Assembly (NCBI RefSeq): GCF_009914755.1
Contig: NC_060927.1
DNA length: 64,000 bases
Reading direction: 5' to 3' (one strand)
From: the human T2T-CHM13v2.0 reference genome, Homo sapiens
Of this stretch, positions 38,301-52,610 are shown piece after piece. Numbering within the stretch: the first letter of the stretch is position 1; each line of letters starts with the position of its first letter. Made by a program: the position numbers and the translations under genes. The notes under the pieces were generated by a model. The model was not told where the DNA came from. It ran no database searches and saw only the letters and a list, made by a program, of their open reading frames with translations.

Positions 38301-41179
38301 TTTAAAAAAATCTACACCTGCACATCTTTGCTGCTCTTGTCTACAGAGCTCATTCAAAGGCCAAGTCTCAGGCACATTACTTTGGTGCAGGCTCTACTTC
38401 TGGGTACAAACTAGTGAGTATGGGAAACATCACATACATACATCCTTTATATATTTAGAAATCATTATAGAAAAAAACCTTTACATATAGCATTATGTTA
38501 AAATGAATCTCTTTTAAACTCATTGTTTACACTGAGTCCCCAAAAGGTCAGGAGCAAAACAAAGTTACCAAATTCCAAATTCATAGCTCAAAGTGAAAGG
38601 ATTAACCACACTTGAAGGGTTTGCAAAGGCGGCTTGAAAATACTGGTCTTATAATCCTTAGCTGACTGTATACTTTTAGCTTATAAAAGAAAATACAGAA
38701 AAGGGAAGTTGGGAGTTTGAGAAAGGTTTTCCCTGGAGAGTTGTTCAAGTCATGTCAATTCACCACCCCTACCCTGCTCAAGGTGGAAGATGGGGCTTTG
38801 TCCCCACATTACAGGTGCAAGAGACTTCAATGGGACCAACCAAAGAGCTTAAGTGATTTTCCTGTGGTTTGAAGAAAGAACAGTGAACTTGTGTTTGACA
38901 CAAGCAAGAGGCCATGTCTGGAATTGCTTTCTCTCACAAGAGGCAAATAGAGGTAGCTGTGTCTGGGAGAGACTGCATGCTGTGCTCGGTGAGCCAAAGA
39001 TATGCAACTATTTTCCATAGACTGGTGTGTACATCTAGGGAAAATTGCATAAGGTTCTCACCAATGCTGCCTGCAAAAATTGTTTGTAAAAGCTAGGAGA
39101 TCTCAGCCAATAGGCCTAGGGTTCATGGCAAAAAAAGAGACCAGCTTGGGCAGATGCATTTGTACTGTCAAGGGAACTTCAGGTAGAAGATCCCCAGCAC
39201 TTAAGCGGAGGGGCTGTCTGCACAATCCATAACACTTCTGATTTTAGGAGTCAGCACTGAACTTCTACAGCCAGTGAAACCAAAGGCTGATTACAAGGGT
39301 GACAATAAAGTAACGCTTTTTCTATACAATAACATCCCTGTGGGTACACACACACAAACACACACATACACACACACTTCTGCTCCCAGAGCCAGGAGCC
39401 ACAGGTAATAACTTTTGAATTCATAAGGTAATATAAGATATAAGATATGATAAGAAATAAATGAGTTTAAAAAGAATATTTGTCTTAGAAACCTGTAACT
39501 TAATATAGGCAAATCATGTAAATTGGTTAGAAAACAATTGAAACAACTGTTGTCCTTTCACATTCATCAAATATCTAGGATGTTTGTGAAGATAGAAAAC
39601 TTAATACGATATCTTAAATACTTAATGATGGGAATATAATAGCATTTTTTGTTATTTTTGTCAAATTTTTGTCAATTTTTGTCAATTTTTCTTCCCAAAA
39701 TAAGAATTTGCAATGCCCAATTCTTCTTCCCAATTTTTCTTCCCAAAATTTTGTCAAAAATTTTTGTCAATTTTTCTTCCCAAAATAAGAATTTGCAATG
39801 CCCATTCATTTCCTCGATCATCATAAAAGCACCATGCAATAAGTTTTTAATGGAACTTCTATTTGCTGAGAAATTCTTGGTCTGTAGATGGAAGTGCAGC
39901 AAAACCATTTACATTAGGATCTCTTTTTATACCTTCAGCAGAAACTAAAAGAGAAGATGATGTAAACGCCCTTTGGAAAAGGTCAGATACCGCACATCAT
40001 GTGCTTATTCTTGCTTGAGCTTTCCTTGTTGTGCCTACCTTTCAGTTGCATAAGAGCACTATCTCCTCCCCGGCAGTTAATGACTTTTGTTCCATAAAAT
40101 GCAAGTGATTTTCACTGCCTCTGAGAGAGTAATTTTTTGATTCAACCATTACAGATTTGGACCATCCAATTCAATTATGTTTGATTGGGCCCTCCTCACT
40201 GATGGTCAGTTTCAGTCAGACTTACACCCTCAATATGCGCCGTGTATTTTAGCAAATGGTTTTTAAAGTTGTTACAATAGTAGGATTATTAAGAGTGAAT
40301 GATCATTCAAATCATTTCAGAATAATCCTGTTGTTTGGTTGATATTAGTGTTATATTCCTACATAAAAGATCCTCTCATCTGCTCCCTTTTCAAATTTCT
40401 AATTGGGTTTAATTGAGAAATATCCTGATGAAGAAGCAACAATCATTAAGAAATATTTTATTGTTCACTGTTACTTCTTAGCCTGTGAGTCAGATTTTTC
40501 CTACTACCACATACCCAAAATAAAGTGTGGAAATAAACTATATTGTTGAGACTAAGATTTTATGGTTACTAATTTTAAATTTTGTCTTCATAAAATGTCT
40601 TGATCTTATTAATGGAATTTATATGTTAGTGTTGTGAATTTGATACTATGAAATCCTTTCACATTAATGACATACATTTATCAATTTTACTTGAAGGGAT
40701 TGGTAAACATTTTATTTTGAAAAGCTTCCACTGCTCTCGAAAACTGAAAATTTCTGGTCTACATTGAAAGTTGAGTAAACATCTTGTTTATTATAATGCT
40801 CTGGGCTTGGAAGAAATTATTTATATTTTAGTAAAAAGAGTTAATTCTGGCACTTCTAATTTACAATGTATTAATGTGAACACATGGACTTAGGGTTTTA
40901 TTAACAATATCTGTCATAGTATGTTTGCTAAACATTTTGATAAAGTAGACAATGTTACATAAGAGAAAGTATTTTCAAGGGCTTTGCTACTTAATGTCTG
41001 TTGACATATAAATAGAAAATGTTTATTAGAAATGAGTCTCATTTGTTCATTAAAGCTGTTTCACAAGTTTGATATTCAGACATAATAATGTGAACAAATC
41101 AAATTAAAGAATCACCAGAGTGATAAAATCAGAATTTCTGGGTTGTTAGTTAACTTATAGGTCAGCCAATCTAAGCACT

Positions 41180-41400
41180 CATTTAGTGGTTGAGCACCTA
41201 TTACTGCAAGGTATGGAACTCTTTGCACAATACAAGAAAGTATAAGTGGCCTTTGCTCTCAATGAACTTAGATGGGGAAGTGAGGTATAAACATGTGAGA
41301 TTTAACTAAAAAGCTTTAAATCATAGCGAAAAAGACACTAAAAATGATAGCCTAAGAGAGCACGATATTAACTGCCAAAACAATTAACCAATCTAATTCA
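41180..41400 (-). mobile_element. L2 fragment
   Basis: ttgagcacctattactgcaagg...tttgctctcaatgaactta. Confidence 0.5.
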
Positions 41401-42393
41401 TCTTTTCAGAGGAAGCTATCCAATCTATCCCACAGACTGTTATATGGAAGGGAGTTCTATGTACATTCTTTAAAACCTGCAGCACATCCTTTTTGATAAT
41501 CCAACTCAGGTCTCTCTTAATGTAGAGGTTTTGGCGACATTTCTATATAGGGCATTCCTTGAGATACAATATAGATTTTTATTATATTACATTAGAATTT
41601 ACACATAGTTCAAAATAACATTAGACTCTCAGGTGTAAGATCTTCTTTGGTTCATGTGGAAAGAAGAGCCAGGAAAATGTAACTAATATAGGAGAAGAAA
41701 TAGGAAAAAAAAGAGAGAGAAATTTCTACTGAAGCTTTCTAAAATTTTTGTGGATCACGGGTTAAGTCTAAGTGTTAAAGTATCATGTTGTAGTAAATAA
41801 TTGGCAATGAGGCTATAGTGGTGGTGTTGGGGCCAGGTAGATAATGATTCTTCTAGTCAAAGGTTTTGAGCTCAGAATCTTCCATCCTCTTTGCTCTCTT
41901 TTTCTAACTAATAAATTAAGATGAAACAGTTTCTCTTTCTATCTTTCTGTTCTGCTTTTCCCATCATTCACTCTGCCAAAAAGAAATCTCCCTAGATTCT
42001 TGGTGTAAGTTTTTATTGCCACTACTTTCTGTACTGTGTTAAGTTCTTCTCCAAAGAATGTGACACTGAGACTCAAGGTCTTTCCCCTTTTTATATCTTT
42101 TCAAACATCACTACCTTGTGTTGTTTCCTGCAGTATTCTATTGTAATGGGCATGACGATTTCACTTTACTGCAAAGGAATATGAGGGTTGAAACTATAAT
42201 TGGATTAAGTTACAGTTATGCATTATTCAATTACTGATTCTATCTTCTTAGCTTTGCAGGCTAAACCTGCAATCACAATTATGTCTTTCTCTCTATTTTG
42301 TTCATTAAATGACTCCATGGTGAATCCACTTTTACCCCACACTTCCAACATTTCAGCTCTCTACATTAAGAGATTTAAGAAATTATCCTTCAA

Positions 42394-42395
<2 letters not shown>

Positions 42396-42441
<46 letters not shown>
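42396..42441. repeat. (CA)23 microsatellite
   Basis: Seen directly. Confidence 0.95.
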
Positions 42442-42442
<1 letters not shown>

Positions 42443-42444
42443 CT

Positions 42445-42610
42445 ATGTAGTCTTAGAGATGTAAAGAAAGACACTGCCTAGTACATCTTTTTAAATATAA
42501 AATTGGATGAGAAAATTTAAACTCAGAGAGAGAATGATTATAGAGAGTGGTAGTACTGAGATTAAGCCAAAGCCACCTGGCTCCAAATTCAGTGCTCATC
42601 CTTATCATTC
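42445..42610 (-). mobile_element. MIR fragment
   Basis: gatgagaaaatttaaactcagagag...cctggctccaaattcagtgctc. Confidence 0.5.
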
Positions 42611-44352
42611 CTTTCGTCATCAAAAGAATTTTCCTTTCCCTATAGTATTAAATTGTACAAACCCCAATAAGTATTATAGAAAAACTTCACCATTCTAGCC
42701 TGAAATAAGATTTTCCAGAGCCTGGCATCCACTCAAATAATCTGGTATTTGGGGATTTTTCAGAGTAATAGAAAATTAAAAACCACATATAAATAGCCAT
42801 TCTTTAATCATTAAACAACAAATTTACTTGATCCTGTAGTAGGTTGTTCTGAGACTAGACCTCAAAACTTCTGAATCATTAATAACTAGAAGCAGGGATA
42901 AAAACATTTTTCTAAAATTTCATATACTTGTCTCCTCTGGTTCTGGGGTGGAGGCAGGAACTTTGCAAATACAAATATATTCTTGCTGCAGGTGTATTCA
43001 TCATTGGGCCAGGCACACTTTCCCTCATTCCTTTCTCATAGTACATAACACAGTTGTTCAGAAAAACAAATCCTCCCTTCATTTGCTTCCTTATTATAGC
43101 TTCCCTTTCCCAGCAGCATTTGCTCTTGCACCTGCCCTGCCATTTCTTAAATGCCAGCGTGATTAATGAGTGCCAGAGGCAGCAGATGGGAAGGTACACT
43201 TTCCCTGTCTGCACTCTTACATTAGCCAGTAGGAGTTCTTGTTCCTTCCCATAACACTCCATTCAGTTGATCACCAAACCGTCAGATACAATGTGAGAGG
43301 CATTTGGTACTTGTTCAATACAAAGATCTGAATCAGCTATTACCCAAAGTTCAGCTGAAAACAGTGTTTGTGAATTTACTTACCAATCTCACACCTCAGT
43401 CATGAAAGTACATTTGAGTCCCACCCATGATGCAATGCACCCATAGCTCACCTCCTAAGTTTTGCCCCAGACTTGGCCATTGGAATTTTATTAGAGATGA
43501 TAATAAAATTTTGTAGTAGATCTACCCTAATCCTGACCTTAAAATTAGCTTCATCATACTATAGACCATATTAACTTCCTACTGGATTCGTAAAGGAATC
43601 CATCCTTCCAATGGTGTGAAGGAGCTCTGAATTATGGTAGTCATGCCTTCCCTGATGCGGTTCCCAATTATTTGGGGACCTATTTTCAAGTCAGAGAATC
43701 AGTGGGGTCTTTAGATTTTTTTCCCTTTCTACAGTAGCTTTCCTTTTGGTCTTTTTGCTGCTCATTAGAACCCCCCAGTATGTGGTCAGGGAAAAAGATG
43801 TAAAAATCAATTCTGTCTATTTTGCTGGTAGTGGATAAGAAAATAAGCTATTGTGACAATGGAGAGGGTGTGGAAGCTACTGGCTATAATGAGGCTTATG
43901 GATGATCCACACATTGATTATCTGGCTCATCTTACAGCTGTGAAAACTGGGTGTAGTTTCTATGTAGAAACAAATTTTCATTTTTCTAGCCCATCTTGAC
44001 TGGTTTTTTAAGTCATAAAAGCAGTGGTAATTAAAATCCAAGAATCATATATAGGCATGAAATAAGAATAAACTCTCTTTCCCTCTTCCATAGTGTTACT
44101 TCAAAGACATTTGTGGACACCTTTGTTTTTAGATTTCTGTTGGTAAGCTACATTACTCCAAATAATATATCTCTGCTATTTTATTTAGCAATTCTAAACA
44201 GTTATATCTTAACTATCAACTACAAAAGATGAAGAATTTAGTCCCTTGATACTATCCTGTTCCCTTCTCTCTTCGTGCACGATTTAATTTTTTTAGCTTT
44301 TCTATTGGTTACCTTTATAACTTTAAACAGTAGATTTAAAGCCATATCAGTT

Positions 44353-44445
44353 CTATCTACCTATCTATCATATCTGTCTATCATCTATCTATTACTTATC
44401 AAATTATCTACCCATCTTTCTATCTAATACCTACCTACCTACCTA
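44353..44445. repeat. Degenerate (TCTA)n/(CCTA)n repeat
   Basis: Seen directly. Confidence 0.8.
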
Positions 44446-45441
44446 GGCCTACTATAGACACTATTTTTGACTCTTTACCATGCAAGGTAAAATGTAAGTG
44501 TCCATTATATATCTATGCTTTGGTTATGACGGTGATTGATTGTAAAAATTACAATTACATAAATTGTGTAAATGTTATTCGCTGAAGATGAATGACCTGT
44601 GGAGAAGGTGATGTTTTCTTTGGGTCAAAAGCCAAAGAAATTCCTCCTGAAGAAGAATATCTCTTGGAGGAACATCAGTTGCTCAAAATCCTGCCTCACT
44701 TTTATTTACTTCAGATATGTACTATGACTTTTATACTTTCACATATGCTTCTCTTAAAATTTCCAATTGTTTTTATTTTTTATTGTAGTTAAAATAATCA
44801 TATAACTTTACTTTATCCTCAGATTTCCTGTGTATACTGCTTGTTACAAAGAATCGATTTTCTTTATGAAAACATATTTTTTAGAGTCCTCTAACTACCT
44901 GTTATGATTTGGCTAACCTGCTTTTCAGCCTTATTTCTCAGTAGCCATGCCAGGATTTTCCCATTACCAATCTACATTATTATTGTATTATCTCAGAATT
45001 TGATCTTTTATTCATCAAGCTTGCTATAATAATCCTAAATTTTCACACCTTTCATCTTTTTTTTCCAATCCACTCTTCACAATAGAATTCTTTGCAAAAC
45101 TCATGTGAAATGAAATGTTTATCTGTTTTAAAAATGAAGAATTAAACTTGTTTTCTCTTTTGCTTTATACCACTATAAAAAGTGATTTGACCCATTCTGT
45201 AGGAAAGAATGAAACCATTTCATCTCCTAAGGAACGGAGGCCAAGCAATTTTTTTTTTTTTTTAAGATACAGTCCATCCTGCACTGAAGGAAAGAAAGCC
45301 AGCTTTCTTCATTCTAATGGTTTGGACTGTTTATAGTTTTAATCCACCAAAGTAGCTATTGTGACAGAATACAAAAGAATGTCATTTTCAGGAGAATAGA
45401 AATTTGTCTATATCTTTTTCCTTTCTTTGTAGTAGCTAGAA

Positions 45442-45625
45442 CAATGGTTCTCAAGATGTGTTCTAGACCAGCATGTTTATCACCTGGGAACTTGTCAGGA
45501 ACTCAAATTATTGGTTCTTACCCCCATCTACTGAATTAGAGATTCTGGCAACAAGATTCTGGCAATTTGTGTTTTAAGAAGCCCCCCAGGCAATTCTGGT
45601 GCAAGTTAATGTTTGAGAACCACTG
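45442..45625. mobile_element. MER5A hAT-Charlie MITE
   Basis: TIRs caatggttctcaa / ttgagaaccactg; 8-bp TSD-like agctagaa / gcctagaa. Confidence 0.9.
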
Positions 45626-48379
45626 GCCTAGAATGATGTCTTCCATATACTGGGTGTTCAATCATTATTTGTTGAGAACATACATAAACATTGATAAAAA
45701 GGGATAGAAGAGCCTTGAAGTGGCTGAGTTGCTGTGAAAGGCACTGTGGAAACCCCTAGGAAACTTGTTGAATTAGAATTCTTTCCAGTAAAAGACTGTC
45801 TTCTTATGGGAGGCACTTTCAGGTTGCCTTCACTTAGGACTTGAGTACTTCAATTATCTGGTCCTTAAAAGAGTGGACCTGTCTCTTCATCTGCACCCAG
45901 AACTTTTCTTTGCAGAGTCATCCGGGACAGCCATACTCCAATAACAGCCCCTGGATACCAATCAAGGAATTTGCAAGGAGTTTTGGCTTGGGAATAGCTG
46001 TGAAGAGACTGAGCTGGGCCAGTAGGGGACGGATACTGTTATTGTATGTAGCCACCATTCATGATAATATTAACATGTCAGTCTGGCTGAGGCTTAAGTT
46101 ACATCACAGGCATACTAGCACAGATAGACTAGAACAAAGTATTTTTTCCAACACCACTCTTAATACTATATAAGACTCTATTGTCAACAGAATGGTTTAG
46201 GAGGACAGAAAGAAACTCTTCCTAGGTGCTTTGGATGTCAGGGAAATCTTCAATTTATAATTAAGACTAGAAGATAGCAGGCATCATAAGGTTGGAATTA
46301 GAATCATGCAAGAAATATGTTTCTTGTGGTGGCTAACATATGAGCGGGATAGTGATTTTGATGTAATTTTTATAAGGTAACCCAGTCTGTTGACCCTAAT
46401 TGATTTTCCTAAGAGGGCCATGAAACATAATCCACAAATCCATCCCTCTTCATCCATCTTAAAAAAGGATGACCTCATTTTTGAAGGGAGAGCTCTAGCC
46501 CTTGGATGACATAGTAAATATAGTTAGGGAGAAGGACCCTATTGCAAGTAGCAAGTTAAGATTTGGTGAGGGGGAGTGCTTTTCTGGTGCTAGTGAGGGA
46601 GCATGTAAACCTTAACTAGGGAATTGCATTATAATGCTTCAAAAATACCAGATTCATGAGCTTAAGAAATGCTGAAGGCAAATGACATCTCTCAGAGCCG
46701 TCAGCCTCCCACTCTCAGGGGTTGAGGTCATCAACTTTCCCAAACTGAATTAACATTCTGGTCTTTGGTCTTAATGCCTAAGCATTGTTGAGCAAATCTT
46801 TGGACAAGAAGAGAACTGAAAAGCTGGATAAGCCACCCTCCAGAATGTCTGTGAGGTTAGTAAGAGCTGACCTGCATATACTCTGCACTGGAGAACTGGC
46901 TCAGAGAATACTAGTGCAAGGAGCTTTAAACATAGGAATTGTTAATTATTCTACCTGGGATTAACGTGGGCTGGGGTTTCTCAGTGAACTTTCCATTCTA
47001 AATGAACTCTTAAAAACTAAACAGTCCCCCAAATTGTTAAAGACTGCTCAAGGAAAGGGAAAAGAATAAAATGTGGCTATTTCCTGCAAAATATTTCCTT
47101 CTGCCCACCTATCCACAGGAAGTGGTGTGAAAGAAAAGTACAACAAGAGCTGAAAAGGCCTTGAGCACAGATAACATAGGCTCTCTTGGAGTCAGCTGCT
47201 GGTGTACTTGGCTACAGGCTGTTAGATAGCTGCTGAGGTCAGTGGATTCTGATATCCTCTGAGAGGAAACCAACCCAGCCAGTTCTCACTGGCGTGGTTC
47301 AGAACACCTATAGTGGGAGGGTGACAAGGAAGGTCCTCCAGGCCCAATATCACTGGAGGACTTGGGGGTTTGAGAGCAGATCATGGACCTTTCCCAGACA
47401 GCAAGGAAAAGAGATCCATGCTAGGCTGTCTTGTAAGCTTTAATTTTTTCCAGGACTACTGGGGCCTCTGAGTAGAGGTAGCAGGGCAAGGAAAAGGCAG
47501 TGGGCATTCTTAGTGGGTGACAACAAATCACTGTATTCCAGACATTGTGTGGAAAACAAATGCATCCTAAAGACTAACTTACCTAGGCCAGAATTAGGTG
47601 ACTATTGAGCCAGAATTTCTTGAGATGAGAGTGGTTGGTGGTCAGTGGTTGAAGTCAGTAGGTTATAACCAGAACTTGAAAGCAAGCAGGGAGTCCCACT
47701 GTGGTTGGACCAAGTGCAACGTGTTTAGAATGCTAAGCCCCTGCCCTTGGAAGCATGCAAAATGAAGGCCTTCCACGTCTTCCCTTTTCATGTTCTACGT
47801 TTTGATGTCTGCAGAGAATCCAAGGCACATGCCATGACATCCCATCTCTTTTCTAGGGGGTTATACTTCCCAGATGTCTCAAATTAAGTGCCAATAGCTT
47901 TGATTTCAGAGACTTCACAATACCCAAGGAGTGAAAAGAAATGAATAATAGAACTTTCAGCCAAGCGTAATGTTTTCTCTCACCATGATTAAAATGTGGA
48001 ATGTGTTCAGACAGAGAACACAAATAGACATGAATAACCCTGACTATGTGAAATGTCTCATTTTATAAATTAAGGACCCAAGAGTGAACAAATGAAAGAG
48101 TTGCCAAATACTGACATAACCTCTGAATCTATGTAATTCTTTTGTGTTCCCCGCCATGACAGTGAGTATGAAAGGAGTTCTGAGAAACCCATCCTATGAT
48201 TCTCTACTCACAAAATCTTCAGATATGAAGGCCAAAATCCATACACAATATATAAGGCCTTCTAAAATTGAAAACCTAACAACCTCTGCAGCCTTAGGTC
48301 TCATCACATTTGTAGTTTCCCAAACAATGTAGCCAGACCAGGATGAGCACTCAGTACAAAGATATGTAAGATAAAGTCT

Positions 48380-48610
48380 GCTGTCTGGAAAATACCACAT
48401 CTTTAAAGACCATTCAGGGCTGCAAACACTCAGCACTCTCCTCCTTCCCCAGACATTACAATTACTATTGTATGCTTCTATAATAGTACCCATGAAGCTC
48501 CTTATGCAAAAACAAGATCATTCCACTTCGTATCCCTAGAAGTTAGCATAGTCCTAGGTATTCACAAAATAAACAATAAATATTGAATGCATGAGTAAAT
48601 GAATGAATGC
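48380..48610 (+). mobile_element. L2 3' end fragment
   Basis: cttcgtatccctagaagttagcatagtcctagg...caataaatattgaatgcatgagtaaatgaatgaatg. Confidence 0.55.
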
Positions 48611-49704
48611 ACAAGTAGCCTAGATACAAGCATGTATAGTGCCTTAACTAAGATAACTTTGTAGAACCAAGACCAGGACCAAAAATTAAATACAGAAATT
48701 TAAGCCCCTGCTTTCCTCAAAACCCCACCACAAACGCTATGTTACGTGAATCCATTTATTCTTTGTTTTGCATTGAGTATCTATAGCTATATATAAAGTG
48801 AACGCCTGGTGAGTGGGTGGGTAGTGGTGTTCACTCTTATTTAGTGGAATGTGAATATGTCAGAATCACAGAAAATAGAAAGAAAGAGGTTTATTCAAAG
48901 CTGTCAGTTCTCATGCCTGCTTTTAAAATCTGAGATGGTGCCTAGATGGTTCAAATTTAATATTCACATCCACTTTATCACATCAAATATCATCATTAGC
49001 AAACAGTGTTTGAATGGTAGCTATTTCCTGACTGACAATAGCCATCCGGTGGTACCCACTTTCCCATATGCCTGAGACTGATACAATTCAGATAGTCTGG
49101 AAAACAGTGGGAGGAAGGAAGTAATTAAAAATGAGGGGGAAGCTTGGGGCAGGGGATAAGCATCAATTTTATCTCACACAAGAATATCCCTATATTTATT
49201 CTCTTAAAAGTTATACGTGGGGACAGAAAGACTATTTTTAAACCTATTTTATATCCTCAAATGGACATGCAGTCTTGCTCATAGAGTGTCAGGAAATCCT
49301 GAGGATGGGCACTGGTATTCAAAATAAGCTTACACTGTAGGCTAAGAAAACAGAAAGAAATTAGCTCTGGAATACCATAGAAGTGGATGAAGCTGGAAAA
49401 GTGGACAGTGGTACTATTATAAATTCAGAGGCCCAAGCAACATTTTATAGAAGGTTGCCTGCCCCTCACCCACTCAAGGAAACACTTTACTGTCATCAGC
49501 AGTACCTTTACCATGTGGGGCAGGGGACAGGGGTGAGTGAGTAGGAGGGAGACCTGGCCCTCAGGGGTCTGTAAGCACTGTAGAATCTTCTCAGGCAGCA
49601 GCTTTACCCACAAAGATGGAGGAAAAGGTGTTCAGCAATAATTTGTAAACACTGAAGAACCAAGGTAAGAACGCTTTAATTGCATTCTTAATTTTAGGAC
49701 TAAC

Positions 49705-50095
49705 TGGTTGCAAAAACTGTCCTGTTCATTACATTCCTATCCTGTTTATTTTGAGCATTCACCTAAATCATGTTTCCCAGCCATCCCCTGCCTCCAGTTA
49801 GGTGGGGTCGTGCAGTGAGTTGTGGCCAACGGAATATGGGAAGAAGTGATTGATGCCATTTCCAGGCCTGAATCAGGATCCCCTACTGTCTCTTTCCTTG
49901 TCCATAGACTGAATGGGGAGGAATCTGAGACTCTGGAGAAGGAAAGTGCCCCAAGACAGATAGAGTCTAAGTCCCCTTATATGAACTACTCATAAGGCAG
50001 TCTACCAAACAAGAGGGTCCCTCCCCTGCAGCCATTTGGATTTTATGCCCTTCTATAAAGCCACCGAGATCTGGAGTTTATCCATTACAGTAGAG
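49705..50095 (+). mobile_element. MaLR LTR (MLT1J/I-like)
   Basis: tttcccagcc...gttaggtggggtcgtgcagtgagttgtggccaacggaatatgggaagaagtga...aagccaccgagatctggag. Confidence 0.7.
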
Positions 50096-51479
50096 ATAAA
50101 GCTGCTGCTTCCAACCCTTTCACAGAATTGACTCAGATGGTCTCACGTACCATGTCCTTCCATGCTCTCTGTCACTCTCAGGAGCATCTTCTTGACATTC
50201 CTCCTCCCATTTGGACCATGCAAGCCAACTGTTTATTCAGAATGTCAAAAACTCATTTGTGGCTAGAATAACAATGACATTTAAATAGTCAAAGAATCGA
50301 CAGAGTAGTTTTTTGGAGAAAAGGTATAAAGAATTGAGGGAACATGATGAGCAATGCTTTTAGTCACCATGGCGTTCTTTTATTCATTGATGCACGCAAG
50401 TAATTTCAATTAAAGTGCCAGGTCCAATTGCATGTAGCCTTCCCTGTGGTTCCTGAAAGCACTAGGATTTTACTAGCATAATGGGGCTATTTAAACAGCT
50501 TTGGGCTCTCAATTCAAAGCTGGGATGTTGAAATGAGGTTAATAAACAAATAAATAGATGAATAATGAACCTCTGTATGTTTGGAGTATAATCATGGGAA
50601 GCTGGAAGTTAGTTAGGGACTGGGGAACAAATAAAACTGGGACTCCCGTGAGTAAATAATTTCCTCAAGATCCTGTTCCATATTTGAATCTTAATATAGA
50701 TACACACTCCTCTTATTTACCCATATGATGAGTTAGGATGTAGAATTCCAGTTCAGAGAAAGAGTAACCTCTAAAAGACTGACAGCTTCCCCAGGTGCCT
50801 TCTGCCAATCACTTGCTGTCAGTTTAGCTTTTTCTATTGCTTCTACCTAAAAATAAATGAGAAATTCTTTCTTCAAAAATGATAATTCTCTGGCTTACTG
50901 CCTTTCCTTACTTTTCTAATTCTACTGTGGCAACTCTGGCCATTTAATAAATATAAAGATAAAAGTTCATTTAAAAGCAGAACCAGTCAGGATTACAGAG
51001 TAAAGGAAATAGGTGTACCTGCCTGTGCAGTTGAGGGAACCAGAAGGATGGGTTTCATCTAGAGATCCCAGCTGAACAACTTGAGTCAAGGAAAAGGAAC
51101 TCAATCTTGCCTGGGATAGCTAGTGAACTGTTAGAAACAGAAAAACATATTGCAGTTGCCTCCTCCCTGTCTAGTGTTTAGAAAGATTGCCCTGAGTGTC
51201 CTGAGTGACCCAACCCTCAGCGTACCATGGTAATGGTCAGCAATTGCTAAGCCATGTTTTGACTGGTACCTCTTCTCTCTTTTCATATATATTTTTTTGA
51301 ACTTCCTTTTGGATTTGGACCTCCCTTCCCCCCAAACACACAGCTCATGTCTATTGTATTCTCGAAGGTTTCCTACTCACTACTTTTATCTTTTTCTCAG
51401 AGAGACCCTAAACAATGGTTTTACCCTAAGATGGAGGAAAGATCCCTGGGTGACAGTTTGAAGAAATGTTTTCCAAGAC

Positions 51480-51871
51480 AACAATCCATCATAAGTTATA
51501 TTATAACTCACAGGTATATTCACTTCACTGGAAGAACCCCTGCCTATTGATGTCAAGCTCAACTGTGCGATGTGCTTGAGCTAATGCGATGTGAGCATAC
51601 ATGATACATGCTACCACCTTCCAGAAGCTTTGGGAGGCACTTTGAAATTCTGCCAGTTCTTTTGCTTCTGCCTCCTGCTATGAAAATGGTACATCCCACA
51701 GAGAGATTTCTTCTTTATCCTGGACCCAGGAATAAAAAAACACTTGGAGTAGAGCCAAATGGAATCAAGCAGAGACAAAACATCTGCAGCCACCACTATA
51801 TAATGTGGACTATTGTTGTAAGCACTAGGATTTGGGGTTTCTATATGAATGCAGCAAAACTGACTAAAATA
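51480..51871 (+). mobile_element. MaLR LTR (MLT1I-like)
   Basis: gctaatgcgatgtgagc...ttgttgtaagcactaggatttgggg...gcagcaaaactgactaaaata. Confidence 0.65.
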
Positions 51872-52610
51872 TCACCTGACTAGGGGCATTAGAAATGGAT
51901 TTTGTGAATGACAAATGAACTTTAATCCCCTAAGGTTTTTCAGTTATTTGATACAACTATAATTACCCTCATATAATAATTCCTCCCCACTTTCAATACC
52001 TTAGGACACCCATTAGCCCCTCAAACAGAAGGGCTATGAGGACATGAAAGGGAAAGTCTCAAGCTCCTCAAACTGGGTAGGATTAAAAGGATCCAGTTTG
52101 AAATTTCTCCAAAAAGCTGGACAGTGGTGACCATCCACCACCCCCATTTTCTGTAAGTCAGCACGTTACAAGTAGAGAATAGTAGCTTTAGACTATATCT
52201 TTGTAATAGCCACATAGATAAACTTCGATTTTCTTTTTACCTTTACCCTAATTCATTACAGATTTGCTAGGTACTATTTCTTAGAAACATAATTTTAGAA
52301 GGAATAATGTCCTTTCAAGCTGCCACTGCAACCGGAAGATGCCCTTTCAGATAACCTCTATATTCTCTAAAAAGTTTCTTATACTTTCTGTTTCCCACAG
52401 AAAGCTTTTGAGTTATTTTCTCACCATGATTTAAGCATAGGTCAACTGTTCTACCTGCATTTCTGTAGCTCCTGCTCTTGCCTAATTAGACATAGGATTT
52501 TTTATTTTAGCTGTGTTTATTTTTTGGTATCTTTTTTTCTCAATTTACTCTTCCTTTTAATTGTCCTCTTCTTTATACATCAAAGTAAACACTATACTGT
52601 ATCATTATAC

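Noticed and set aside
44040-45130. Possible very old L1M5/HAL1 fragments
   Set aside because: The similarity is too degenerate to support a call by eye.
48797-48835. 10-bp inverted repeat agtgaacgcc / ggtgttcact
   Set aside because: A short imperfect stem with a long loop is expected by chance in 64 kb.
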